This document shows positions 45,595 through 54,940 of a stretch of DNA of 64,000 nucleotides, one piece after another. The first letter of the stretch is position 1. Each line of letters begins with the position of its first letter. The notes beneath the pieces were generated by a model. That model was not told the DNA's origin and searched no databases. It saw only the letters and a list, made by a program, of their open reading frames with translations. The stretch lies in NCBI GenBank assembly GCA_041691695.1, contig JBEPUG010000003.1, forward strand, positions 7,445 through 71,444, in the 5' to 3' direction. Source of the stretch: Flavobacteriales bacterium. Its GTDB lineage: Bacteria; Bacteroidota; Bacteroidia; Flavobacteriales_F; PHOS-HE28. A program made the translations under genes and the position numbers.

Positions 45595-45978
45595 TCAGCT
45601 CATCCGCAGCAGCCACGCATGGCTGTGGGCACCATCGAAGCTGGTCCAGCAGTAACACATGAATGATCCGGGATCGGCCAGCAAGGCCTGCAACTCGGGG
45701 TCATCAGCGCTGGAATAGTGCAGATGGATACGTTCGGCTTGACGGTCGTAATAAGGGGCGGGAGCTTCCCCTTCAAACTCCGCTAGCGTGACCAAAACGC
45801 TGTGCACCGTACTGTGCTTGGCACCCGGTGTTCCCCTGAATAACAGGAGGTCCGGCTGCTTGCGTGAGCGACGCTTGATCCGCAGCACTTCAACATGTCC
45901 GAAGGCCTTCAGCGATCGTGCCGTTTCAGGACTTGCGACCGGCGGCAACGTGGAAGGAAGGGTAGGAGAAGTGAACAT
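45595..45978 (-). CDS. Hypothetical protein (127 aa)
   Basis: Non-overlapping ORF with no recognisable motif. Confidence 0.35.
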   Translation of the reverse strand: MFTSPTLPSTLPPVASPETARSLKAFGHVEVLRIKRRSRKQPDLLLFRGTPGAKHSTVHSVLVTLAEFEGEAPAPYYDRQAERIHLHYSSADDPELQALLADPGSFMCYCWTSFDGAHSHAWLLRMS

Positions 45979-46049
45979 GGGATCTGGCTTCTGCCGTCTG
46001 TCAAAGGTGGTCCATTACTCGTCACTGACGGATGAGAGCCCCGAAAACT

Positions 46050-47279
46050 TTAATTAGGCTTGACTTTGGCGCGGTCTTTCCCTGTGCGTCGTAGCCAACC
46101 AGGTGCAACTATAGCGCCCACGAACAGATAGAGGTAGTAGGTGAAGAGCCGCCAGAGCAAGGCCACCACCACCAGCATCGCTCCGGCCGGGAGGAGATCG
46201 CGCATAAAGCCAATGAAGGCGAACTCCGCCGCGCCGCTCGCACCGGGAGTGGGGCTGATCAACAGGATCACCCAAAGCACGATCTGCCGCGCGTACATCA
46301 ACAGCGGATGGCTCACGGTGAAGAATGCGGCGGCGATGAGATTCAGCACAAGGAAGCGCGCACCCCAAGAGCACCACGTCGCGGCGATCGCCTTCAACCA
46401 AAAGCCTACGGAACGTCCCTTGAATTGGTCGCTGGCCGCGATGAGGTCGTCGCCGGCCTCGGCCATGTGTGGACGCAGGCGCCGGATCCAGCGGTGTTTG
46501 AAGAGGCTCACCAAGAGCAGTTTGATAGCGCGCGGACGGAAGAAGACCGAGTAGAACACGGTAACCTTCATCACGGCGATGAAGGCGTAACCGATCCAGA
46601 AGAGCGCCTGCACCGGCAAGCCCCACATCGCTGCGTCCAATTCCGGCGGGAACAATTTGTCGATGCCCACGAAGAAGAACACGGCCGGCGCGAAGATCAG
46701 GAAGAAGAGTTCGTCCAGCATGGCCGTCACAAGCACGATCGCGGCGCTTCGACCGAGCGGCGTGCCGTCCTTGGCCATGACGTAGATAGCCACGCTTGTA
46801 CCGCCTACCACTGCGGGTGCAACGGCCGTCGCGAATTCCCACAGCGCGATCACTTGGAAGGAGCGTTTCCAACCGAATTCGCCATCGGTGAGGATCCGCA
46901 ACCGGACGATGTAGCCGAAGTCGCGCAGGCCGTTCGCGATCAATGCGGCGAACAACAACAGCATTCCCCACGGTACGAGGTGCACGCTGCGCAGGCGCTC
47001 CATGCCGGTCATTAGGCGATAGTCGCCATGCGCTGCGGGCAAGAATTCCGCCGCAGTGCCGAGGTCCACTTCGCCGTTGTGGTTAGTGTCCACCCAAGCG
47101 TAGTTGCCGGTGCCCGCATCCACATGCTCGAATCCCGATTCCCGCAATTCGTGCCAGAGGAGGAAACCTACGGCGATCAATCCGAAGGCGATGGGCAGCA
47201 GGGATTTCCACGCGCGGAACGAGCGCCTCACTTCGCGCTCGTCCTTGGCATTCATATCCAGTTCCTCTTGCATGACCAT
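46050..47279 (-). CDS. UPF0104 / lysylphosphatidylglycerol-synthase-TM-region-like (flippase-like) membrane protein
   Basis: Polytopic membrane protein (MprF-like TM-region family). Start trimmed to MVMQEELDMNAKDE...; M51 at 47258 is an alternative. Confidence 0.7.
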   Translation of the reverse strand: MVMQEELDMNAKDEREVRRSFRAWKSLLPIAFGLIAVGFLLWHELRESGFEHVDAGTGNYAWVDTNHNGEVDLGTAAEFLPAAHGDYRLMTGMERLRSVHLVPWGMLLLFAALIANGLRDFGYIVRLRILTDGEFGWKRSFQVIALWEFATAVAPAVVGGTSVAIYVMAKDGTPLGRSAAIVLVTAMLDELFFLIFAPAVFFFVGIDKLFPPELDAAMWGLPVQALFWIGYAFIAVMKVTVFYSVFFRPRAIKLLLVSLFKHRWIRRLRPHMAEAGDDLIAASDQFKGRSVGFWLKAIAATWCSWGARFLVLNLIAAAFFTVSHPLLMYARQIVLWVILLISPTPGASGAAEFAFIGFMRDLLPAGAMLVVVALLWRLFTYYLYLFVGAIVAPGWLRRTGKDRAKVKPN

Positions 47280-47458
47280 TGCCACGGGGCCAAGGTATTC
47301 GCCACCCGCGACCTTCGCTTGTGCTTTTACAGACCTTTCGTCGCGGCGTGACCTATAAACTAAGAAGCCTGGCCCCTTGGATGGCCGAGATGGGCGCGAT
47401 ACGTACATTGTACGGCTCCGTCCAAGATCGATCCTGGCCGGGAAATGATCTTGCCTTC

Positions 47459-49075
47459 ATGAAAACACACAACCCTCTTAAAGGAATTTCGCTCATCGTC
47501 GCCTTTGCGGGTGTGCTCGCATCAACACAGACCGCTTCCGCCCAAGCTGGGCAATTGGACCCCACGTTCGGTACCAATGGACTGGTGACCCAGGACTTCG
47601 GCAATGTGGATGGTCTGGAGTGCATGGCCATCCAACCCGGAGACCAGAAGATCGTGACGGCGGGGACCGCCTCGAATGCGAATTATGGAGGCCGATTCCT
47701 GGTGATGCGGAACATGCCGGACGGCAGCTTGGACACCACCTTCAATGGCACCGGCTATGTGATCCTTCCGGACTACACCGAGTCTTACGCATACGCCTGC
47801 TTCATTGGCCATGATGGCAAGATCGTCGTGGCCGGCGCGGAGACGGGTCCGGATTACCAGTTCGCCTTGATGGTGATCTGTTTGAATCCGGACGGCAGTT
47901 TGGACAGCACTTTCGGGACCAACGGTATAGCCATCCATGACATAGGCCCTGGGGACGACTTCGCATACGGCGCCGTGGAAACCCCCGACCACAAGATCAT
48001 GTTGTCGGGAAGTACCACCGATACCACCACTTACAACAATGTGCCAATCGTGGTGCGCTTGATGGAGGATGGTTCCATCGACACGACCTACGGCACCAAT
48101 GGCATTGCGAGCATACCGGTCACCCAGATCGACAATGTATTCCAAGGTCTCGTCCTGCAGGCAGACGGCAAGGTGGTGGTTTGCGGACACAAGGACCAAG
48201 GGGTCACTATCGCAGGTGGGGAGGACTTCGATGTGCTAATGGCACGATTCCATACGGACGGAACGCTCGATACATCCTTCGGCACCGATGGCATCGTTGA
48301 TCATGCACTCTCCGGGAACGTCGATCAGGCGCGGGCCATAGCGATGACAACCGAAGGTAAATTCCTCCTGACCGGATTTATCGATGAGGATGATGGTTCG
48401 GTGGATGCCTTCGTGCTTCGTTACGATTCCACAGGAACGATCGACTTCAGCTTTGGCTCATATGGCTTGGAGGTCTTCAACAACTCCTCGTTTGACGCAG
48501 CCTTCGGTATGACACTTCAAGCAGACGGGAAGATCCTCATCACCGGTACATCCGGTGCATTCTTTGGATCCAGCCAGCAATTCCTTGCTCGCTACCTGCC
48601 GGACGGTGGCTTGGACTTGACCTTCAACAATATTGGTTTTGCCTTGGCCGGGCTCGGTACCGACCTGGAAGAGGCTCATGCGTGCGTGCAGCAAACGGAT
48701 GGTAAGATCTTGATAGCAGGCAAGGGAAGGAATCCCAACAACAACGATGCGACCATCATCCGGTTCCTGAACGACTTCACCACCGGTATCCCTGAGGCCT
48801 CCACCTTGAGCAACTCCGCGCTTTATCCCAATCCAGCAGCTGCGGGTAGCGAGGTCGCGCTGCGCACTTCTGGCGGGCAAAGCGGGATCGTCTCGGTATT
48901 GATGATGGATGCTTGTGGCAGGACTGTCGACCTTGGCTTGGGCATGCAGGGCCGTTTGATGAACGATGAGTTACGCTTCACCATCCCATCCAATGTGCTT
49001 TCTGGAAGCTATATGGTGCGGTTGACCGCACAGGATGGAACCGTGAGCAGCGCGCGTCTCGCCATAATGCGTTAA
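47459..49075 (+). CDS. Delta-60-repeat beta-propeller protein with T9SS C-terminal sorting domain
   Basis: Signal ...TASA|QAG. Repeated DxxFGxxGxV units. C-terminus ALYPNPAAAGSEV...GSYMVRL is a T9SS sorting domain. Confidence 0.7.
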   Translation: MKTHNPLKGISLIVAFAGVLASTQTASAQAGQLDPTFGTNGLVTQDFGNVDGLECMAIQPGDQKIVTAGTASNANYGGRFLVMRNMPDGSLDTTFNGTGYVILPDYTESYAYACFIGHDGKIVVAGAETGPDYQFALMVICLNPDGSLDSTFGTNGIAIHDIGPGDDFAYGAVETPDHKIMLSGSTTDTTTYNNVPIVVRLMEDGSIDTTYGTNGIASIPVTQIDNVFQGLVLQADGKVVVCGHKDQGVTIAGGEDFDVLMARFHTDGTLDTSFGTDGIVDHALSGNVDQARAIAMTTEGKFLLTGFIDEDDGSVDAFVLRYDSTGTIDFSFGSYGLEVFNNSSFDAAFGMTLQADGKILITGTSGAFFGSSQQFLARYLPDGGLDLTFNNIGFALAGLGTDLEEAHACVQQTDGKILIAGKGRNPNNNDATIIRFLNDFTTGIPEASTLSNSALYPNPAAAGSEVALRTSGGQSGIVSVLMMDACGRTVDLGLGMQGRLMNDELRFTIPSNVLSGSYMVRLTAQDGTVSSARLAIMR

Positions 49076-49084
49076 GCGGAATAA

Positions 49085-49148
49085 CAGTTGGCAGTCTGCA
49101 GTGGCACTTGGCAACAGTTGTTGATCGCCACTGCCAATTGCACTTGTA
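49085..49148. repeat. Mosaic intergenic repeat, family 2 (copy C, internally palindromic: CAGTTGGCAG...CAGTGGCACTTGGCAA...GCCACTGCCAATTGCACTTG)
   Basis: Shares the CAGTTGGCAG / CAGTGGCA words with copies A, B and D. Confidence 0.6.
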
Positions 49149-49280
49149 GGATGCCGTTTGGTAGGGTGAAGAAGATCTATCCTGGAAGAAGTCATCCCGA
49201 AAAGGCCGAGCGGCCCGCATCGGTCGATAACATGACCTTTGCCTCGAAACGAAGTCCATCCCTTTCGGCCACAGATTCAC

Positions 49281-50195
49281 ATGCCCTCCCTCTTGGACCG
49301 CCGCTACCTAGCGCTCGCCGCGCTCTTCATCGTGAACCTGCTCTACGGTATCAACTACGTTGTGGCGAAAGGGCTGATGCCCGGCGTGATCGGTCCTTCC
49401 GGATTTATCCTGCTGCGTGTCGCCGGGGCGAATCTTCTCTTCTGGCCGGTGTGGCTGATCAAACGCGAACGCGTGGCATGGGCCGATTCGGGTCGTTTCA
49501 TAATTTGCGGCGTCAGTGGTGTGGCCATCAACCAGCTGATGTTCTTCCATGGCCTCATGCGCACCTCGCCGGTGCATGCCAGCATCATCATGGTGGCGAC
49601 CCCCATTCTCGTTTTGGTGTTAAGCGGCGTGCTCATCGGTGAACGCATCACGCTGAACAAGGCCATGGGCGTGACCTTGGGAGCGATCGGTGCGCTGATG
49701 CTCATCTTCCTCGGATCAGGTAATGATGCGGGTTCATCGATGCTCGGTGACTTTTTCATCCTCATCAACGCCAGCTCCTACGCGGTCTTCCTGGTGATGG
49801 TGAAGCCGCTTATGTCGAAGTATTCCGCAGTGACGGTGATGGCGTGGTGCTTCCTGATCGGCAGTGTGATCGTGGTGCCTTTCGGCCTGCATGAGTTCAG
49901 TGCGGTGGAATGGTCGCACTTGAGTGGAACTGTGATCGGTGAGCTGCTTTTCATTGTGGTAATGGTGACCTTCGTGGCCTACCTGCTGAACACGTGGGCG
50001 CTACGCGTGGTACAGCCCAGTGTAGCGGGTACTTTCATTTATCTGCAACCGGTGCTGGCCTTGCTGTCAGCATACGTGTTCATCGGTGGCGATCTCGGTC
50101 TGGGATGGCCGCAACTGGCGAGTGCGATCTGCATCTTCGCCGGCGTGTGGCTCGTGGGGAGAAGGCCGAAGGGAAACGCTGCGGTATCGCGGTGA
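49281..50195 (+). CDS. DMT-superfamily (EamA-like) transporter
   Basis: 10 TM helices with two EamA repeats. Track ORF trimmed to MPSLLDRRYLALAALF.... Confidence 0.8.
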   Translation: MPSLLDRRYLALAALFIVNLLYGINYVVAKGLMPGVIGPSGFILLRVAGANLLFWPVWLIKRERVAWADSGRFIICGVSGVAINQLMFFHGLMRTSPVHASIIMVATPILVLVLSGVLIGERITLNKAMGVTLGAIGALMLIFLGSGNDAGSSMLGDFFILINASSYAVFLVMVKPLMSKYSAVTVMAWCFLIGSVIVVPFGLHEFSAVEWSHLSGTVIGELLFIVVMVTFVAYLLNTWALRVVQPSVAGTFIYLQPVLALLSAYVFIGGDLGLGWPQLASAICIFAGVWLVGRRPKGNAAVSR

Positions 50196-50207
50196 ACCCG
50201 GCTACCT

Positions 50208-51086
50208 TTGCGGCCCATGTTGCGCTCTATGACCGGCTTTGGCCGCGCTGAAGGTCTCGTGAACGAGAAAAAGGTGACCGTAGAACTGCGGTCTGTTAAT
50301 AGCAAACAGCTGGACCTGCAGGTGAAAATGCCTTCGGTCTGGCGTGAGAAGGAGACCGAATTGCGGCAATGGGCCGGTGAACGAGTTGTGCGTGGCAAGG
50401 CCGACCTCTACGTGGGCATCGATGGCACGAAGACCGCGAAGCGAACCACGTTCAACGCGGATCTCATTCAGGTGTATCACGACGAGTTGCGCGCCGTGGC
50501 CCGAGAGGTCGCGCCGGAAAGCAACACGGACCTGCTCGCCGTGGTTCTGCGCATGCCGGATGTGATGTCCGCGGCAAAGGATGAATTGGATCCCGCCGAA
50601 TGGACCGCCACGCAGAAGTTGATCGAGCAAGCTTGGCAGGCTTATGAAAGCTTCAGAAAGGCAGAAGGGGAGAAGCTGTACACTGAATTGAAGGATCGTA
50701 CCGCGAACATTATGCGACTGCTGGCCGACGTGGAGGCGATGGATGCCGGCCGCATCGACCGCACGCGCGAGCGCATCCTTTCACGACTGGAGGAATTGAA
50801 GGCGAAGGTGGACCAGGACCGCTTTGAGCAAGAGCTGGTGTTCTACTTGGATAAGATGGATGTCACCGAGGAAAAGGTGCGTCTTGCAGCGCATTGCAGC
50901 TATTTCACCGAGACCATGGACGCCGAGGATTGCCAAGGCCGCAAGCTCGGTTTCATCACGCAAGAGATGGGTCGCGAGATCAATACGCTCGGCTCCAAGA
51001 GCAACGATGCCGACATGCAGCGGACCGTAGTGCTGATGAAGGACGAGCTGGAGAAGATCAAGGAGCAAATGCTGAACGTGCTGTGA
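50208..51086 (+). CDS. yicC: YicC/YloC-family protein
   Basis: ...MLRSMTGFGRAE... at the N-terminus and a DUF1732 C-terminus. Stop overlaps the gmk start (TGATG). Confidence 0.85.
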   Translation: MRPMLRSMTGFGRAEGLVNEKKVTVELRSVNSKQLDLQVKMPSVWREKETELRQWAGERVVRGKADLYVGIDGTKTAKRTTFNADLIQVYHDELRAVAREVAPESNTDLLAVVLRMPDVMSAAKDELDPAEWTATQKLIEQAWQAYESFRKAEGEKLYTELKDRTANIMRLLADVEAMDAGRIDRTRERILSRLEELKAKVDQDRFEQELVFYLDKMDVTEEKVRLAAHCSYFTETMDAEDCQGRKLGFITQEMGREINTLGSKSNDADMQRTVVLMKDELEKIKEQMLNVL

Positions 51087-51667
51087 TGTCTTCGTCCGAG
51101 CCTACCGGCAAATGCATCATCGTCTCGGCGCCTTCGGGAGCGGGGAAGACCACCATCGTGCGTCATCTGCTCGGCCGCGACCTTGACCTGGATTTTTCCA
51201 TCAGCGCCACCAGCCGTCCCAAGCGTGACTACGAGCGCGACGGACACGACTACTTCTTCATCAGTGCGGATGAGTTCCGTGAGCGCATCGCGAAGGACGA
51301 GTTCCTGGAATGGGAGGAGGTCTATCCCGGTCGCTTCTATGGTACCTTACGCAGTGAGATCGATCGCATCTGGAGCGAGGGTCGGCATCCCATCTTCGAT
51401 GTGGACGTGGTGGGCGGTCTGCGCCTGAAGGAGAGCTTCGGTGAAAAGGCCTTGAGTCTTTTCGTATCGCCGCCTACCATCGGCGCGCTGGAGCAACGTC
51501 TGCTGATGCGCGGCACGGAAACACCGGAGACGTTGAGGGTCCGCGTGGATAAGGCGCATCATGAGCTCACATTCACGGTCCACTACGATCAAGTGGTGAT
51601 CAACGACGATATGGAGCTCGCTTGTGAAGAGGCCTATTCCGCCGTTCGTACTTTCCTGAACACATGA
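51086..51667 (+). CDS. gmk: Guanylate kinase
   Basis: Track ORF trimmed to MSSSEPTGKCIIVSAPSGAGKTT, which carries the P-loop. Confidence 0.9.
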   Translation: MSSSEPTGKCIIVSAPSGAGKTTIVRHLLGRDLDLDFSISATSRPKRDYERDGHDYFFISADEFRERIAKDEFLEWEEVYPGRFYGTLRSEIDRIWSEGRHPIFDVDVVGGLRLKESFGEKALSLFVSPPTIGALEQRLLMRGTETPETLRVRVDKAHHELTFTVHYDQVVINDDMELACEEAYSAVRTFLNT

Positions 51668-52254
51668 AGGTCGGCTGTCTCTTCGGATCTTTTGATCCTC
51701 CACACCTTGGCCATGTCGCATTGGCGAAGTACATGCTGGAGCGGCGAGGTCTCGACCAGATGTGGCTCGTGGTGACTCCCCAGAATCCCTTCAAGCAGGA
51801 CCGCAAATTGAGCCCGGAGAAGCATCGCTTGGCCATGGTGCACCTCGCTGTTCAGGGGATCGAAGGCTTGAATGCTAGCGGCTTGGAACTCGATATGCCC
51901 CGGCCGAACTACACTGCGGACACCTTGACCTTCATGCGCGAGCGCTGGCCGCAACATGAGTTCACCTTGATCATCGGTAGCGACAACCTCGCGTCGTTGC
52001 ATCTGTGGAAGGACGCTGGTGCGATGTTGGAGAAGACCCCGGTATTGGTCTATCCGCGGACAGGAGTAGAAGAGCATTTGGCTGCGGCCGATCTGCTCTA
52101 TCATCCCTCGGTGACCTTCATTCCGGAGGCTCCCCTTATGGAGATCTCCTCCACAGGTGTCCGGGTGCGCCTGCGCAATTGGAAGCCCGTGGAAGGACTG
52201 CTCGATCCGAAGGTGCTGGCCTACATCCGCCAGAACGGCCTCTACGCGGACTGA
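51664..52254 (+). CDS. nadD: Nicotinate-nucleotide adenylyltransferase
   Basis: MKVGCLFGSFDPPHLGHV carries the (H/T)xGH motif. Confidence 0.85.
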   Translation: MKVGCLFGSFDPPHLGHVALAKYMLERRGLDQMWLVVTPQNPFKQDRKLSPEKHRLAMVHLAVQGIEGLNASGLELDMPRPNYTADTLTFMRERWPQHEFTLIIGSDNLASLHLWKDAGAMLEKTPVLVYPRTGVEEHLAAADLLYHPSVTFIPEAPLMEISSTGVRVRLRNWKPVEGLLDPKVLAYIRQNGLYAD

Positions 52255-52754
52255 GCTTAGGCCATTTCGAGGCGTTATTCCGCATAGGTTGATCGCGGTC
52301 ACACCTGCAGCGGGATCGAAGGTGGAACTGTGGACCGTCCCCGTGGAAGGAACTCCACAACAAATCCTTGAAACGCCGCCGCCATGAGCTTTCCAAGGTT
52401 TGGCACGCTCGTTGAAAGAGGCTTTCCGAAACCCATTAAGACCACCCCGATGAACAATGCAGATCGTGCCCGGAAGTTGAAGGATGCTGCCGCCCGTTGG
52501 ATGGTGGCCGGTGATGTACAGCGCCACTTGCATGCGCTCCGCCTGCTGATCGACCTGCGCATGCGTCGCACGGTCGCTACGGGGTAGGACAGGAAGATCC
52601 AGGCCGCAATTGATGTGGCCTTCAAGCGAAGGACCGCTAGGGACCCGGGGGACCGGGAACGTGGCGGTCCTCCCGTTTTGACCCAACCGTGGGGCTCCCG
52701 AAAAAATTTCCTCCCGGATGGATCCTTTTGCTCGGGGCTGCCGTTGAAAGTGCC

Positions 52755-52931
52755 ATGACGAAGAAGGACAAAATAGCCTTCATCAAGAGCAGCAAACGCA
52801 AGTCGCATGTGTACAACGACCTGCTTCGATACTCGGACCAACAGCTCGATGAGCTGATCCGGGAAATCGTTCAGGGGCTGGTAAGGGAGAGCGAGATCAT
52901 CGCAAACGCTTACATCAACGGCTACCGATGA
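52755..52931 (+). CDS. Possible small protein (58 aa, MTKKDKIAFIKSSKRKSHVYNDLLRY...)
   Basis: Short ORF in a roughly 430-bp intergenic region. No supporting motif. Confidence 0.25.
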   Translation: MTKKDKIAFIKSSKRKSHVYNDLLRYSDQQLDELIREIVQGLVRESEIIANAYINGYR

Positions 52932-53033
52932 GCACTGTGATGAGCTGGCCCTCTTGATCGGGCTTAAAACGGCAGGTGGCAGGGCCCCGGCAAAAACGCC
53001 GGGGCTTTCTCACGTCCATGCCCTTCCCTCGGT

Positions 53034-54692
53034 TCAGCGCTTCCCGCCTTTCACTGCCGGAGGTGGAGCGCGCTTCACGGCTCCTTGCTCATACACCACT
53101 GTGGCGACCACTTTCCCGGTGCCGTCATACATCGTCATGGTGCCGTCCAGTTTGCCGGCCTTGTAGGTCATTTCCTGCGTTACGCGGCCGTTGCGATCGT
53201 ACACGGTGCACTTGCCGTCGGGTGCGCCATCGATGAAACCCTGCTCGCGCTGCTTCACACCGGCGTCATCAAAATAGGTCCATGCACCGGTGGGCGTGCC
53301 TTTGGAATAGTCCCCTTCACTTACGGGCAGGCCGTATGAATTGTACTCCAGCCAATGGCCGCTCTTCAGCCCGTTGGCGAAGCTGCCTTCCTCCTTCGGC
53401 TTGCCGCTATCGTACCAGCTTTTCCAAGGGCCGTTCTTCACGTCGTCCTTCCACGTGGCCAAGTAGTTCTGGGTGCCATCCGGAAGCCAGCCTTGCCAGA
53501 TCCCATCCATCCGCCCTTGTTTGTAGGAGCCTTTGTCCTTCTGCTGTCCGTTCACGAACCAGCTGTTCCACAGCCCCTCCTCCTTACCGTTCGCGTAGTT
53601 GCCTTCCTGAAGTTTCTGTCCGCTCTCGAACCACGTGCTCCAAAGGCTGTCCTTCTCGCCGCTCTTCCAGTTGCCGAGCTTCCACTTCTGGCCGCCGTCG
53701 TAGTAATAGAGCCATTGACCCTCCTGCTTACCAGCGCGGTAGAGGCCGGTGGAACTCAGCTGCCCATTGGGGTACCAGTACTTCCAGAGACCATCCTGCA
53801 GGTCATTTTTGAAGTGGCCTTGAATGTCCTTTGAACCGGTGGTGGTATACCACATCCAGGTACTGTCCTTCTTGTCCGCCAGATAGAAGCCTTCCACATT
53901 CACCGTGTCGTTGGTGAACCAGGTGGTGAAGGGGCCTTCGAGCTTGCCCTTGCTCCAGTTCTCGGTACGCTCCGGAGTGCTGTCAGCATACCAGTGCTCC
54001 CATTTCCCGTGCTTCACCCCGCCTAGCCAGTGGCCGCGGGCCTTGAGATTACCCGCCGGCCAATAGGAGCGTTCTTCCCCGCTGTGCACACCGAGATGGT
54101 AAAGGCTCACATCGGCGGTGTCGCCGGTCGGATACCACGTGCGTATGGTTCCTTCGCCGTTCTTCAAGGTCTGCGTGCTGTCGCGGTCCCAGGCATCGAT
54201 GCTGAGGCAGACATCCTTGTCGCATTGCTCGGTCATCATGCGGTGGCCATCGCCGTACCAATAGGTCCACGGCCCGCGCTTCACGCCCTTCATGTAGTTG
54301 CCTTCTTCCATCAATTGACCGCTGCGGTAGTAGCTGCGCATCAGGCTGTCCTGTTGGCCGAGGTGGAACCAGCCATCGTGCTGCACCTTGCCATTGTCAT
54401 AGTAGATCATCACGTGGCCCTCACGTTCACCGCTCTTGAAATCACTCTTCTCCGTGATATGGCCTTGGGGGTCCCAGAATTTCCATTCGCCCCACTCCCG
54501 GCCATTCACCAGCAGCCCTTCGCTCTTCTTCACGGTCTTCAGGCTGTCCCAGTGGTCCACGTAAGGCTGCACCGATTGGGCGCGGCCATTCTGTGGAAGA
54601 AGGCCGATCAGCCCGATGGCCAAGGCCAAGGTGGAAAGCCAACGCTGTGGGATCGCGTTGAATAGAAGTGAGTGCGGGTGAGATCGGTGCAT
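53034..54692 (-). CDS. MORN-variant (YwqK-family) repeat protein, exported
   Basis: Track ORF trimmed to MHRSHPHSLL...GRA|QSV. More than 20 tandem WxxWYxNGQ/WxYYYxNG repeats. Confidence 0.75.
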   Translation of the reverse strand: MHRSHPHSLLFNAIPQRWLSTLALAIGLIGLLPQNGRAQSVQPYVDHWDSLKTVKKSEGLLVNGREWGEWKFWDPQGHITEKSDFKSGEREGHVMIYYDNGKVQHDGWFHLGQQDSLMRSYYRSGQLMEEGNYMKGVKRGPWTYWYGDGHRMMTEQCDKDVCLSIDAWDRDSTQTLKNGEGTIRTWYPTGDTADVSLYHLGVHSGEERSYWPAGNLKARGHWLGGVKHGKWEHWYADSTPERTENWSKGKLEGPFTTWFTNDTVNVEGFYLADKKDSTWMWYTTTGSKDIQGHFKNDLQDGLWKYWYPNGQLSSTGLYRAGKQEGQWLYYYDGGQKWKLGNWKSGEKDSLWSTWFESGQKLQEGNYANGKEEGLWNSWFVNGQQKDKGSYKQGRMDGIWQGWLPDGTQNYLATWKDDVKNGPWKSWYDSGKPKEEGSFANGLKSGHWLEYNSYGLPVSEGDYSKGTPTGAWTYFDDAGVKQREQGFIDGAPDGKCTVYDRNGRVTQEMTYKAGKLDGTMTMYDGTGKVVATVVYEQGAVKRAPPPAVKGGKR

Positions 54693-54780
54693 GCGGCAAA
54701 AGTAGGAGCGCGCCGTTGCGGGCCTTTGTGATGAACGCTGAAGCATCAACGATGGTGTGCGTGAAAGTGGGGACCAGGTC

Positions 54781-54866
54781 GCAGTCGGGAGTGGTCTTAT
54801 GATCGCGAGTCAGTTGGTGTTGAGTCCGAGTTTCGTAGATCACTTATCACCAGTTGGCAGTAGGAG
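54781..54866. repeat. Mosaic intergenic repeat, family 2 (copy D)
   Basis: GCAGTCGGGAGTGG...GATCGCGAGTCAGTTGG...GAGTCCGAG...GATCACTTATCACCAGTTGGCAG. About 75% identical to copy A over roughly 60 nt. Confidence 0.65.
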
Positions 54867-54940
54867 TTCCACACAGCGGCTCTTTTCGTTTGGGATCTGA
54901 AGCACATTCCGCATAGGTCCACGTATACCTTGGCATCCCG

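Noticed and set aside
46054-47015. Alternative-frame ORFs (305 aa minus strand, 235 aa plus strand) within the UPF0104 membrane-protein gene
   Set aside because: They occupy the same DNA in other frames. Only the 46050-47279 frame yields a coherent polytopic membrane protein.
49100-49125. Sigma-54-like TGGCAC...TTGC spacing in repeat copy C
   Set aside because: The spacing and -12 element do not fit TGGCAC-N5-TTGCW. The TGGCA words recur as repeat modules in copies A, B and D with no consistent downstream gene.
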